The position numbers were made by a program, and so were the translations under genes. Positions 1 through 12,487 of a stretch of 64,000 bases of DNA are shown piece by piece. The notes below the pieces were generated by a model. That model saw only the letters and a program-made list of their open reading frames with translations. It did no database searches and was not told the origin of the DNA. Each line of letters begins with the position of its first letter. The first letter of the stretch is position 1. This DNA comes from Octopus sinensis (Eukaryota): positions 112,096,001 to 112,160,000 of the forward strand of contig NC_042997.1 in NCBI RefSeq assembly GCF_006345805.1, read 5' to 3'.

Positions 1-350
1 CTGATGTAGTCTGATGTTTGATGTCTGATGTTTGGTCTAATGTCTGATGTAGTCTGATGTTTGATGTCTGATGTTTAATGTACTGTGATGTCTGATGTCT
101 AATATCTGATGTAGTCTGATGTTTGATGTCTGATGTTTGGTTTAATGTCTGATGTAGTCTGATGTTTGATGTTTGATGTACTGTGATGTCTGATGTATTA
201 TTATATTTAATGTCTGATGTCTGGTGTACTGTAATGTCTGAAGTTTGATGTAGCATAATGTTTGATGTCTAGAGTGGCATGATGTTTGATATCTGATGTA
301 CTGTGATGTGACCTACAGTGGCGTCTGATGTATGAGGTACAGCAATGATG
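1..350. repeat. TGATGT-based degenerate minisatellite
   Basis: Reiterated (C/T)TGATGT units with higher-order blocks such as CTGATGTAGTCTGATGTTTGATGT; truncated by the window start. Confidence 0.9.
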
Positions 351-497
351 TAGTCCTCTAACTTGACTGATCCTGTCCATCTGCCATCCATCCCATGTCA
401 CAATGGGGAACAGACATGAAATGGCGATGAAGTGGATGAAGTCATTGAAGATAAATAGATGTGAAATGATTGCAACCTTCTTTATTGTATAAAAATC
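207..497 (-). CDS. Possible terminal exon of an unidentified minus-strand gene
   Basis: Acceptor-like TTATTTTCCAG ends at 498; phase-0 frame DFYTIKKVAIISHLFIFNDFIHFIAISCLFPIVTWDGWQMDRISQ... stays open to a stop at 207. No recognised homology, and the distal part runs into the minisatellite. Confidence 0.15.
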   Translation of the reverse strand, partial: DFYTIKKVAIISHLFIFNDFIHFIAISCLFPIVTWDGWQMDRISQVRGLHHCCTSYIRRHCRSHHSTSDIKHHATLDIKHYATSNFRHYSTPDIRH

Positions 498-735
498 CTG
501 GAAAATAAGCTTGATATCTACAAGCAGTAATTCCTCATTTTTCAACTCCTCTTCACTTTATATGTGTGTGTGTGTGTGTGTGTGCGTGCGTGCGAGTGTA
601 TATGAGTGGTATTTATATGAAATGTGTATGGTAATCATTTTTATAATCCTTCTCTTCCTCCACCTCTTCTTCCTCCTCCTCCTCCTACTCCTCATTCTCA
701 CAATCATCATCTCAGAGTTACGTGGTGGTGGTATA

Positions 736-794
<59 letters not shown>

Positions 795-805
795 TATATA
801 TACAT

Positions 806-964
806 GTCGTGCTTCTTTCAGTTTCCATCTACCAAATCTACTCACAAGACTTTGGTCAGCCTGAGGCTACATTAGAAAAACCTTGCCCAAGATGTCACAC
901 AGTGGGACTGAACCTGGAACCATGAGGTTGGGGAGCAAACTTCTTTCAACAAGCATTCCTGCAC
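806..964 (-). mobile_element. SINE family A, 5' (tRNA-like) half
   Basis: Reverse complement of the family-A head/body seen intact at 55064-55225. Confidence 0.8.
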
Positions 965-1229
965 CAATGTGCACGAGAAAATATATGAAAGGTTGTTGTT
1001 GTTGTTGTTGATGATGATGTTGTTAGTGTAGTTTAACCCCAAGATCAATTGATCCAGCAAACCTCAAACGAGGAAGTGGGGGAAGGGTCCATGTTTGGAT
1101 TCTTCAATGGAACTCCTTTTGAGAATGTGACTTTTGAGTTTAGGGCATTTCATAGCAGAGCCATGAATAGGATGACAGCACCACCAGTTATTGCAGCCAG
1201 AACAAACAACAAACAGCTTGACCGACAGA

Positions 1230-1592
1230 CCATCATCATCATCACAACAACAACAAGGATAAGAGACAGCAGCTGTAGTAACAATAGCAAAGACCACCAC
1301 CACCACCACCACTATCACCATCACCATCACCATCACCATCACCACCACCCCCACTACCACCACTAAACCCCACCACAACCAGCACAGTCACCACAACATC
1401 GACAATAACAGCAACAACAACACCAACAACTACAACAACAACAACAGCAGCAGCAACAACAATACCAACTACACCAACAGCTGCAACAACAGCATTAACA
1501 ACAACTACAACTACAACAGCAGCAGCAGCTGCCCTACTACACCCAAGTACAACAACAACAACAACAATTTCATCAGCAACAATTGGTGTCAG

Positions 1593-1624
<32 letters not shown>

Positions 1625-2042
1625 GTGAGTGTAGTAGTTTCTGGTACAGCTACTGTAGCAGTAGCACCATCACTTGCTGGTACACAACCACCACCACCAC
1701 CACCACCACCACCACTACCTACTACCACCACGCTATTCACTACTACTACAGTAGCAGCAGCAGCGGCAGCAGCAGCAGCAACAGCAATTGGTAAGCAGCC
1801 TCAACTGCTACAACAGGTGCACCACCTGCTGCTGCAGCATGATCGCCACTAACTCCTCCTCCTCCTCCTCCTACTACTACTACTACAGATGATGATGTCA
1901 TTAACTTCACAACCATTATCATCACCATCATCATCATCATCATCGTCGTCGCCATCATCATCATTATCATCGTCGTCGTTATCATCATCATCATCAGTAT
2001 CATCATCATCGTCGTCATCATCATCGTCGTCGTCATCATCAA

Positions 2043-2077
<35 letters not shown>

Positions 2078-2430
2078 CTATCATCATCATCATCATCATC
2101 ATCATCATTATCATCATCATCAACATCATCATCATTATCACCATCATCATCATCGTCGTCATCATAGTGAATTATAAAGTAGTGTTAACAGGAATAACAC
2201 CCACAAAAATAAACATCAAAGGGAACTGCTGTAGCAGCTGTAGTCATAGTGGTAGTGGAAGTGGTGGTGGTGGTGGCAGCAATAGTATACCACCACCACC
2301 ACCATCACCTACTGCTACTAGATATAATAGAAGCAGCAACAGCAGCAGTAGTGGTAGTGATTGTAGTAGTATATCACCAACACCACTACCACTACCATTA
2401 CTACTACTTCTAATACTGCTGCTGCTGCTG

Positions 2431-2479
<49 letters not shown>

Positions 2480-2830
2480 AGTTACTGCTACTTACTACTA
2501 TTTGTACTGTTGTTCATTACATTTAACCACCACCACCACCACCGCCCATCAGCCACCACCACCGTCCATCCCCCACCACCACCACTGACATCAACATGAC
2601 TGGGGGTGGATGCTGTACCTAAGACTTTAATGTTTGTGGGGGTCTTTTTTTATATAATAAGTGTTACTACATCACCATCAACACAAAGAATTACTCTCAA
2701 CAAAAACAGCAACAACTAGAATGATGGTGGTGGTGGTGGTGATGATGGTTGTGGTGGTGGTGGTGGTGGTGGTGGTGGCGATGACTGCAGTGATGATGGA
2801 AGTGGTTTTTGGTGATGGTGGAGGACTGCT
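1230..2830. repeat. Compound trinucleotide microsatellite field (CAC, CAA, CAG, ATC, CTA, GGT)
   Basis: Directly visible; explains the poly-H/S/M/L ORFs. Confidence 0.95.
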
Positions 2831-3039
2831 CTAGTTTAAGGAAGATAACTGCAACAAGACCAAGATAACCAAGGAACAGAAGATAGACGACCACACACCA
2901 CCGGGCTGGGCTGGGGACAATAAATAAATAAATAAAAGACAGCTTTGGTAACTGGAATAACTTTATTTGAAATATAATGGCAGGAGAAAGTGTTATTGTT
3001 GATATTGTAACCATGAGCAACACAAGTTCTATATATCAG

Positions 3040-3042
3040 TAA

Positions 3043-3080
<38 letters not shown>

Positions 3081-3780
3081 GATACACATGCACATAACTA
3101 TGTGTGTGTTATGCGTGTGTGTATACACTTATGGAGAGTGAGATGTGATAGTAGTGTGCAAGTGTGTATGTGAAAAGGTGTGTAGATTTGAATGTATAGA
3201 GATAAAAGGTTTGTGTGTATATTTTCTTTTATACACATACACACACACCACACACACTTGTGTGCACATATATACGCACATTCACACACACACACACATG
3301 TACACACATATGCACACATTCACACAAACATACACACGCACTCACGCACACACAGTTTCACTGGTGTGCACTCAATCATATTCACCAATATGCACACACA
3401 CTCATACGCACATATACACACATCTTCACTAGCACACACATACGCACACACACATACGCACACACACACACATACGCACACACACACACATACGCACACA
3501 CACACACATACGCACACACACACACACACACATACGTACATACACACATCTTCACTAGCACACACACATGTGAGCACATGCACATACACATGTGAGCGCA
3601 TGCACATACACATGTCTTCACTAGCACATGCACACACACACATCTTCACTAGCACACGCACATACACACATCTTCATTAGCACACACACACATACACACA
3701 CGTACACATAGACACACACATATTCACTAGCACATGCACGCGCACACACACACACTTACACATAGACACACATATATACC
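3040..3780. repeat. CA-rich microsatellite with recurring CACATCTTCACTAGCACAC unit
   Basis: Unit recurs about six times among (CA)n tracts. Confidence 0.9.
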
Positions 3781-3957
3781 ATGAATGACTACAAAACCAA
3801 TAACAACAACTACAACAACAATATTAACGCCAATAACAGCAATTACAAGACTAAAGGATTCAATTATTTCCTGAGGTCAGTCTTATTGATTTTTATAAGT
3901 TTGTGATAAAGCTAACAGAAAAATATATCTCTGCCTTTCCCAAAGAATTCATTTTCC

Positions 3958-4015
<58 letters not shown>

Positions 4016-4074
4016 GGCTAAAGATCTTCAGGTTGGCTGCAGACTAAATGCATATTGGATTTAACTTGTTTCAG

Positions 4075-4150
4075 TAGACTTGGAAGAAATTATTTTACCA
4101 ATAGTTTAGTAGACTTTGAGGAAACTAAGTCATTTACAGAGCGAAAATGG
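4075..4150 (+). CDS. Candidate internal exon (unidentified)
   Basis: Acceptor TTTAACTTGTTTCAG, donor TGG|GTGAGG; open frame RLGRNYFTNSLVDFEETKSFTERKW (phase 2 to 0). No homology recognised. Confidence 0.2.
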
Positions 4151-4247
4151 GTGAGGAACTGAAGACCAGGGTGTTTATAAGTTTGGATAAATATACTTCA
4201 TTGTGTGTGTAAAAATACATACATACATACATACATACATACATACA

Positions 4248-4408
4248 GGTGCAGGAGTGGCTGTGTAGTAAAAAGCTGGCTTCCCAACCACATGGTTCTG
4301 GGTTCAGTCCCATTGCGTGGCACCTTGGGCAGGTGTCTCCTACTGTAACCTTGGGCAGACCAAAGCCTTTTGAGTAGATTTGGTAGAGAGAAACTGAAAG
4401 AAGCCAGT

Positions 4409-4447
<39 letters not shown>

Positions 4448-5040
4448 TCATCATCATTGTTTAACACCTGTTTTCCCTGCTGGTATGAGTTGGACGGTTC
4501 GACTGGAGTTTGGGAAGCCAGGAGGCTGCACCAGGCTCCAGTCTGATCTATCAGTGTTTCTACAGCTGGATGTCCTTCCTAACGCTAACCATTCTGAGAG
4601 TGTAGTGGGTACTTTTTACGTGCCACTAGCACAGGAGCCAGTCAGGGTGAGGGGGCTGGTATCGACCACATTTGGATGGTGCATTTTACGTGCCACTGGC
4701 ACAGAGAGTCAGACAGGTGGTGCTGGCATCAGCCACAACTACAATTTCCATTGATTGTGGTTTGATTTGATTTTGAAATATATATATATATACACTCACA
4801 CACATATATGTATGTATGTATTTGTGTGTCTGTGCTTTTGTTCCCCACCATCGCTTGACAACCGATGTTGGTGTGTTTACATACCCTCAACTTAGCAGTT
4901 TGGCAAAAGCGACTGATAAAATAAGTACTTGGCTTACAAAGAATAAGTCTTGCGGTTGAGTTGTTTAACTAAAGGCGGTGCTCCAGCATGGCCGAAGTCA
5001 AATGACTGAAACAAGTAAAATAAAAAATTTTTTAATACAA
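4248..5040 (+). mobile_element. SINE family A, full length, with an RTE 3' tail nested in its central microsatellite
   Basis: 5' half 4248-4412, (TA)n, minus-strand RTE tail 4445-4775, 3' half 4815-5040 ending CTGAAACAAGTAAAA. Confidence 0.85.
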
Positions 5041-6549
5041 ATATATATATACAAATGGCGGTGCCCCAGCATGGCCACAGCTCATAAGCTGAAACTAGAA
5101 TCAATCAATCAATCAATCATACATATATACATCTATACATTTATGCATACACACACATATATATATACATACATGTGTGTGTGTGTGTGTCTCCTATCTT
5201 TTGCTTGTTTCATTCATTACACTGCAGCCATGCAGGAGCACTGCCTTGAAGAAGTTTTCTTCAAATGAATTGAGCCCAGGACTTTTTTTCTTTTTTCAGC
5301 CTGGTACTCATTCTATCAGTCTTTTTTGCTGAGCTGCTAAGTTACAAGGATGTAAACACACCATTGGTTGTCAAGCAGTGGTGGGAGACAAACACACACG
5401 CACACACACAGTTGTCGACTGTGGAACACAACTGTCACTACATAAACCTGATGAATGTGTGATGCATGAATATTTCAATATTGTAAAATTATAAAAATTG
5501 TAAAAATTGCAAATAATAAAACATGAAAACCTAACTAAGTGAGAAATTTCATTGATTAATATATATAATGAGCAATGACTCTGAAACTAGTCTCTGGATG
5601 CTGGTTTTGCTGGGTGGAAAGTGCTTATCTCCCCTTTGAAAACATAAGGACATAGAAAACGTGTCATGGCCAACTGGAAATGGTATTTCCGAGGGCTAAA
5701 TAGCAATAGCATTCTTCCCTTTCATGGGACTGTCACATTAAGTTGGTAACATACCATCACTTTATGAATATATTCTTTTATTTCTTTCCTTTGTTTTAGT
5801 ACCACCTTTAGTTGACTTATTCTTTGTAAGCCTAGTACTTATTCTATCAGTCTCTTTTGCCGAACCGCTAAGTTATGGGGAATGTAAACACACCAACATC
5901 AGTTGTCAAGTGATGGTGAGGGGATCAAACACAGACACAGAACGTAAAGACTGACGAAATACTACTCTGTATTTCACCCAGTGTGCTAACATTTCTGCCA
6001 GTTTGCTGCCTTAGACGTTATGTTTACTGGATGGGCAAGGAAGGAAATGTAAGAGAACAGTCTGGAAATACAAACAGTGAACTGATTGTAGGAGAAGAAG
6101 CTTTGGTAAAAGTGTCAGCACTTTATAGATTTATCAATAACAAGATGTTTTTCGTGTAAGAATATAAGCTATCTTGATTTGTGTCCATCCCTTGGTGATT
6201 GATGAAGCCCCTAACTTCACCTACACACATACTTTAATGGAGGAACTGAAGAATTCAGTACCCTGATGTCATGGACCCTCCACCTACACCACCCCTTTTG
6301 CATGACCTTACAAGACAAGAAACTAAGGAAGTGGAGAGGAGTTGCGCAGCTTCAGGCAGAATCTCATTTTAAATACTTTGATCTGAATCGTGTAGCAAGA
6401 CACGAGAAGAGTTGGAGACGAGATTTGCTATAAAAGAAACTATTGTTTTTAGTCAATGACTGTCACTTCCCAGACATCAAAAGCAATCACATTATGACAT
6501 GATGTCTGAAAGAGGAAGCAACTCAGTATATTTAATAAGCTGCTATAGG

Positions 6550-7090
6550 CGGTGTAATTGAAAAGTATCAAGACTGTTGCTATGGTTATGGAGCTTAAGT
6601 ATGTAGAGTGAAGCCACTCGGCACAGAACTTTTGAACTCTGAAATCTAATCTCTTGAACTCTGTTGCACAAGTATGCCAAGTTATAGCATTCTCACTCAC
6701 TTCTGATGATCATAGCAGTGCTTGGAAGTAAAGTGCATAGAATGAGGTCATCTTAAAATAAAAAAAGATTGAGTTTCAGTTATATGGGATCTCCTTGATA
6801 GGGTCAAGTGACAAATCATGAGTCTATAGCCATGACCCTGAAACAAAGGCCCAGTCCTTGCAGTGGGAGACCACAACAAGATTTCAAAACATTGAGGAAA
6901 GCCAACATAACATGATGAGGCAGCTTCTTGCTATCCCCAAAAAGGAGTTTCAAGAAAACTTCCATCAATGAAAACAACGCTGGATTAAGTGCGTAGCTTC
7001 TGAAGGAGATTAAATGCTGAATTGATGATCTGTGTTATACTTTTCTTTTTATAGCACCAGTCCCAACACTTTTTGATCAGACCTCTTATA
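6550..7090 (+). mobile_element. Internally deleted mariner element (same family as 61941-62837)
   Basis: Left end resembles 61941-62100; internal peptides HDPETKAQSLQW and RWIKCVASEGD (mariner C-terminus); right TIR-like CCAGTCC...TTGATCAGACCTCTTA; 3' end duplicated at 7094-7190. Confidence 0.75.
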
Positions 7091-7460
7091 TACAACACTG
7101 GATTAAGTGTGTGGCTTCCGAAGAGGACTACTTTGAAGGAGATTAAATGTTGAATTGATGATCTGTGTTGTAGTTTCCTTTTTATGGGACCAATTGGACT
7201 TTGACAATGTCATATGACAAGCATGACAGGATACTTTTTATGATAGTTTGCCTTGTGCCATTTCAAAAGTCTCTAATAATGAATGACAAAATGACTTTAA
7301 TGTCATGATAGGTTTTGATTCTGATGCAGAAATGGGAAGCACAGTGTAAGGCAAAATGAAATAGCAATGGACAACACACATTGTCTTTTTGTAAAGAATT
7401 TGAGATCTCTATTGGAAACACACAGCATGGATTGAATGGTTTGACAGGAGCTGGCAAGTC

Positions 7461-7962
7461 TTGTATCACCAACAGACATGACAGGAAATGAACCACAGAT
7501 CTGTTGCCCCATAAATTCTTCCCAAACATTTCTTAGAATGCCTTAAGGCCATTCCTATCTGCAGAATGATGGAATTACAGTTCCTTTCTATTGTGTCATA
7601 TTTCCTTCACACTACTTAAAAACTTCTTGGTTGATCTTATTGGAAACACTACTGTACCAGGCTCCATTTTGTCTGTTTTGGCAAGGTTTCTACAGCTGGA
7701 TGTCTTTCTGAACACCAACAACTTTACAGAGTAGACTGGGTGCTTTTTATGTGACACCAAAAAGAAAATTTGTTTTGAGTTGAAAAGATCAACCAAGAAG
7801 TTTTTAAGTAGTGGCAAGGAAATATGATACAATAGAAAGGAACTGTAATTCCATCATTCTGCAGATAGGAATGGCTTTAAGGCATTCTAAGAAATGTTTG
7901 GAAAGGATTTATGGGGCAACAGACCTGTGGTTCATCTCTTGTCATGTCTGTTGGTGATGCAA
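7461..7962. repeat. Local inverted duplication, arms 7461-7638 and 7785-7962
   Basis: About 178-bp arms match as reverse complements at roughly 90 percent by eye. Confidence 0.9.
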
Positions 7963-8115
7963 AACTACTGAAAAGAAAAGGAAAATGAGATTCTACAAAG
8001 ATGGAAGGAGCACTTTAAGACTGTCTTGTAGACTGATTCATCAATTAATGATATTTTTTCATCAGTTCCACAAAAGCCAAAAATTGTACAACTTGGATGG
8101 AGAGAGAGGGGGAGG

Positions 8116-8193
<78 letters not shown>

Positions 8194-8343
8194 TTTTATT
8201 AATCCTTGACCTCTACAGGTTAATCTTACCTACGAAACACTTATCAGGAACTACTAAAGCTGACCTTAAAATCTTTATTGCATCTTCTCACCAGTTATTT
8301 TCTCGTTCAATATTGAGAAATTATCTGCAAACACATAGAGTAA

Positions 8344-8729
8344 TCTCTCTCTATATATAAACGGCAGTTTGTCTGTGCGTGTTTCTGTGTGTCTGTTTGC
8401 TTGTACCCTCACCCTGACCACGGCTTTCAACCGATTCTGATGAAACTTGATACACACATAGCCCAATGTCATAATTCAAAACTAACGCAGCGAAAATTTT
8501 GAAAAGTTCCCCCAGTTCTGAAAAAAATCGATAAATTCGACATGGGGTCGACAATGAGAAACACAAACCACAAACTGTCATGGGGACGCAACTCCACCTT
8601 TTTTAAATCTCAAAAAAAATTTACCATCATTTTTTTCCATTTTTTTGCTATTTTTTGGCTATAACTCTCTAAAAATGCTTTATAGTTATTTCCCTTACAA
8701 ACCTGAGCAACGCCGGGCGATACTGCTAG
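8344..8729 (+). mobile_element. Non-autonomous Helitron (Lep1/HINE-like)
   Basis: 5' TC start, TCTG-type microsatellite, conserved TCAACCGATTCTGATGAAAC block, 3' GC-rich hairpin CCTGAGCAACGCCGGG then CTAG; inserted between A and T. Confidence 0.8.
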
Positions 8730-8924
8730 TTCTTGCTAAAAATCAATCAGACAAACTAATAGATTTCTCATTAATATTTTCAGCAATGTTGCTACTTTTA
8801 CATCTGACACCACTGAAATCATAAAACAGCATGTTTCCAATAACCTACATCCTGAGAATTCCTTTAAAATATTATCTTTTGTAGGAGTTCAATAATTAAT
8901 TAAGCAGTCATTCCTTGCAGGAAG

Positions 8925-9150
8925 AACAAAAATATTGGTTTCAAACTTTGGTACAAAGCCAGTAATTTTAGGGGAGGGGTTGAACTGATAACATCAACCC
9001 CAGTGTTCAACAGATACTTATTTTATCAGCCCCGAAAGGATGAAAGGCAAAGTTGACCCCGGCAGAATTTTAACTCAGAACATAAAGATGGAGAAAATGC
9101 TTCTAACCATTTTTCCCAGCATCCTAATGATTCTGCCAGCTTGCTGCTTT
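8925..9150 (-). mobile_element. SINE family B (tRNA-headed)
   Basis: Matches the B consensus seen at 26453-26905 in reverse orientation. Confidence 0.8.
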
Positions 9151-9789
9151 AAGTAAGATCCTTACAGCGCCTAAGTCACCCATCTAAGTATTAAGAACAA
9201 AAATATTAAGATCTCTATAGTTGTCACCTACTCTTACCTGCTGCCCCCACTTATCATCCATCAATATTTGTTCTTCATATTCCCCACCTCTCACTCCCCC
9301 ATATACTCTTGTAACCTCCAGCCATACTTCCTGTTCTTCTGTCCCCACTCACTTCAACTTACCCCATACCTTGAGGGTCTGCCCAAGCACTTCATCCCCA
9401 CTAGTTTTAACTCTTCCTAGCTCCATCTGATTTCATCCCACCCTCACTTCTAACATGTGAGTGGTCATGTAGCTTTTCTACAGCAAGGCACTTGTCCTTC
9501 AGTGACCCCTTCTCTCATACTTTAATCCACATACCCCTGCAGAAAGCCACCTCTCTCAGGGGTTGTCATTTTGCAAGCTGTATGGTAACCTCTCTAGTGC
9601 TGGTGCTATGAAACAAAAAAGCACCTGGTACACACTGTCAAGTGGTTGCCTTTAGAAAGAGCATCTAACCATAGAAACTAGCCCCAAACAGACAACTGAG
9701 ACCATCAGATCCCCGGCCCATCAGATCCTGGGACCATCAGATGCTGCCAAACCATTCAACACATGCCAGCATGGAAAACAGATGCTACC

Positions 9790-9794
9790 TGATT

Positions 9795-9828
<34 letters not shown>

Positions 9829-10028
9829 CGATGATGATGATGATGGTGATGATGACGATGATGATGATGATGACGACGATGATGATGATGACGACGACGA
9901 CGATGATGATGATGATGATGACGACGATGATGATGATGACGACGACGACGATGATGACGATGATGATGATGATGATGATGAAGATGAGGATGATGATGAT
10001 GATGAAGATGAGGATGATGAAGATAATG

Positions 10029-10059
<31 letters not shown>

Positions 10060-10160
10060 CGATGATGATGATGATGACGATGATAATGATGATGACGATG
10101 GTGAGGATGATGATGATGATGACGACGATGATGATGATGACAATGGCGATGATGATGACA
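9790..10160. repeat. (GAT/GAC)n microsatellite
   Basis: Directly visible; source of the poly-D/M/I/S ORFs. Confidence 0.95.
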
Positions 10161-10415
10161 ATGATGTTGGAAAGGAGGAAGAGGAGGAGAAGGGTAATGC
10201 TACTACTGCTGCTACTGATGTTAAAAGTGTAACAGTGGAGCATTTGAACAGTTCTGTATTGTTCGATATTGTAAATAAATCATTAAAGACACAGAAAATG
10301 CTTTTGTGTTCGCTCAGCCGTTGCTCTGTGTTCTGTATCCTCACCAAATATCGATACAGGAAGTCACTGACCTCTTCATTCAATTTCAAATAACTTTCTT
10401 ATATTCTACACTCAG

Positions 10416-10495
10416 GAACCACCAGTCAAAACAACTGTTCAACTACGAAAGACAAGTTCACTTTCACTTCATCCTTCGTATTTTATCACAGATTG
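10416..10495 (+). CDS. Candidate internal exon (unidentified)
   Basis: Acceptor TTTCTTATATTCTACACTCAG, donor TTG|GTAAAT; 80 nt, all three frames open. Confidence 0.2.
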
Positions 10496-10697
10496 GTAAA
10501 TAATAGAATCGTTGGTTACAAATTCCTAAACAGTCCAGCTAATCACTGGTTTACTGTATTTCTGTTGGCAACAGCAGTGACAAGGGAGTATCTGTAACTT
10601 GGTGCAGAACAAATATCACAAAGGACTTCATATAAAAAGTGCTATTTTGTCATATACCTTCAATGTTTACAGCATTCACCAATATATATATATATAT

Positions 10698-11053
10698 AAA
10701 ATATTCTATAATTATATACATAATTATAATCAGGGGTCAGCTAAGTGCCTCACCATGTACTGAATTAGAAATAGATGCTAATGTCTTTTCAACTACTATA
10801 AAAATCTCCAAGACAATAACACACTTTTTCATGTAGGCAAAAAAGAAAAATGATGAATCCACACAACTTCGGTTAACCACAGACACGTTTTGAATTTAAA
10901 GTAATCTTTTTACTTACATAAAAAAAAAGTGTTATTGTCTTGGAGATTTTTATAGTTGTTGAAAAGACATTAGCATCTATTTCTAATTCAGTACATGGTG
11001 AGGCCATTAGCTGATCCCTGATTATAATTATGTATATAATTACAGAATATTTT
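10698..11053. repeat. Foldback inverted repeat, arms 10698-10836 and 10913-11053
   Basis: About 138-bp arms with few mismatches around a spacer of about 75 bp. Confidence 0.9.
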
Positions 11054-11629
11054 CTATAATTCACCTAAAAAGGGTTTTTTTAACGTACTGACTACTTGGT
11101 AAAATTATTAATTAATTTTACCCTATATTATTATATATATATATATATATATATGTGTATATATATATATATATATCATACAAGTGAGGGTTGGTGATAG
11201 GAAGGGCATCCATTTGTAGAAAATCTGCCTCTACAAATTCCATCTGACCCATGCAAGCATGGAAGAAAAGTGGACATTAAATGATAAGGATAAGGATGAT
11301 GATACACACACACACACACACACACACATCATCATCATCATCATCAGTAAATCATAAATCCAAGGGGGAAACACACTCTAAGTTATAGAGTATTTAGATG
11401 ACCAGTCCATGGGGTTGCCTAGGATTTCACATCCATAAAGTGTTTAGCTCTACAACATTTTGTCAGACCCTAATGGCTGGTGACCTGTAACCTCTCTTCA
11501 AATGGGAGGGTGAAAAAACCTCGTGGCTAGTTGTTGAACACATAGATAAAGGAGAAGGGTCAAGCACAAGAGATTGTCTTGCTTAGGCCACTATCCGGAA
11601 TCCATCCAGTTAGCTTGTGGGTCCCAGGA

Positions 11630-11838
11630 TATCAGTAGGAACCTCCTGAAGTGTAAACAAGGTCAGAAGATTTCCATCCTGGAATTTAAGATGTTTTCCA
11701 GGTCAAGGGAGTTCTTTAATATCCTTGCCTGTTCAGCTAATCACAACTTGCAATGCTTCCTCCCGTTGATGTAGGGGCCCAATTTTTCTAGGATCTCCCA
11801 TGAGATTACATGTGGAGACCCTTCATCCTTCAGGCAAC
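11630..11838 (-). pseudogene. Penelope-like retroelement GIY-YIG endonuclease C-terminal remnant
   Basis: Translation LKDEGSPHVISWEILEKLGPYINGRKHCKL*LAEQARILKNSLDLENILNSRMEIF*PCLHFRRFL fits the PLE pattern W..L....Y..G.K.C.LCL.E...I....LN.R.E....C.H..F; two stops. Confidence 0.75.
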
Positions 11839-11879
11839 ATATATATATATATATATAATCATCATGTTTAATTTGGCAA

Positions 11880-12200
11880 AGTGACATGGCTTGGTGGTTA
11901 GGGTTTTTGTTCATGGTTGTAAGGGTGTAAGTTTGATTACTGGCAACACGTTGTGTTCTCGAGCAAGACACTTTATTTCCCATTGCTCCAGTCCACTCAG
12001 CTGGCAAAAATGAGTTGTACCTGTATTTCAAAGGGCCAGCCTTGTCACATTCTGTGTCAGGCAGAATATCCCTGAGAGCTAAATTTAAGGTACACACATC
12101 TGTGGAATGCTCAGCTATTTGCATGTTAATTTCACGAGCTGGCTGTTCCATAGATTCGATCAACTGGAACCATCATTGTCATAACCAATGGTGTATCAGC
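11880..12200 (+). mobile_element. SINE family D (tRNA head plus CTTGAGCAAGACAC...CCAGTCCACTCAGCTGG core)
   Basis: Same sequence recurs at 13540-13855, 49050-49650 (minus) and 63125-63435. Confidence 0.85.
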
Positions 12201-12435
12201 ATGTTTAATTTGAAAGATTTCCTCCACAGTAGTAAAAATTGTTTGCCAACATAACATGGCAGTCCTGGTTTAGGACTAATGTTGCTGTAATGTTGCTGTA
12301 ACCTCAGGAGACATCTTCTCCAGCTGGGTATACGACATGATCTGTGTCCTTATATTTTCGAACAAGGGAATCTAGCACCCCCACTCAGCTCAAAACAATA
12401 TGTTTATCACAATTTCTGGGTTATTTCTTCCACAG

Positions 12436-12487
12436 TTTGAACAGTTTTTGTTACATAACAAAAACTTTAAAAACTGTCCTGACAACA
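12436..12487 (+). CDS. Candidate internal exon (unidentified)
   Basis: Acceptor TTATTTCTTCCACAG, donor ACA|GTATGT; frames FEQFLLHNKNFKNCPDN or LNSFCYITKTLKTVLTT. Confidence 0.2.

Noticed and set aside
1-350. CTGATG repeats resembling box C/D or hammerhead cores
   Set aside because: Units are CTGATGT, not CTGATGA; no stems or partner boxes; behaves as a minisatellite.
1064-1240. Minus-strand hydrophobic frame LLFVLAAITGGAVILFMALL*NALNSKV with a single TGA that A-to-I editing or Sec insertion could read through
   Set aside because: No acceptor, homology or SECIS support; T-rich strands give hydrophobic peptides by chance.
9741-10393. Long poly-Asp / poly-Met / poly-Ser ORFs
   Set aside because: Pure (GAT)n microsatellite, open in most frames on both strands; no splice or codon evidence. 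The same applies to ORFs at 1746-2167, 21207-21975, 32347-33084 and 52197-52753.
11410-11490. CTGACAA...GAAATCCTAGG on the minus strand downstream of the Penelope remnant
   Set aside because: Too degenerate; stem II does not form.
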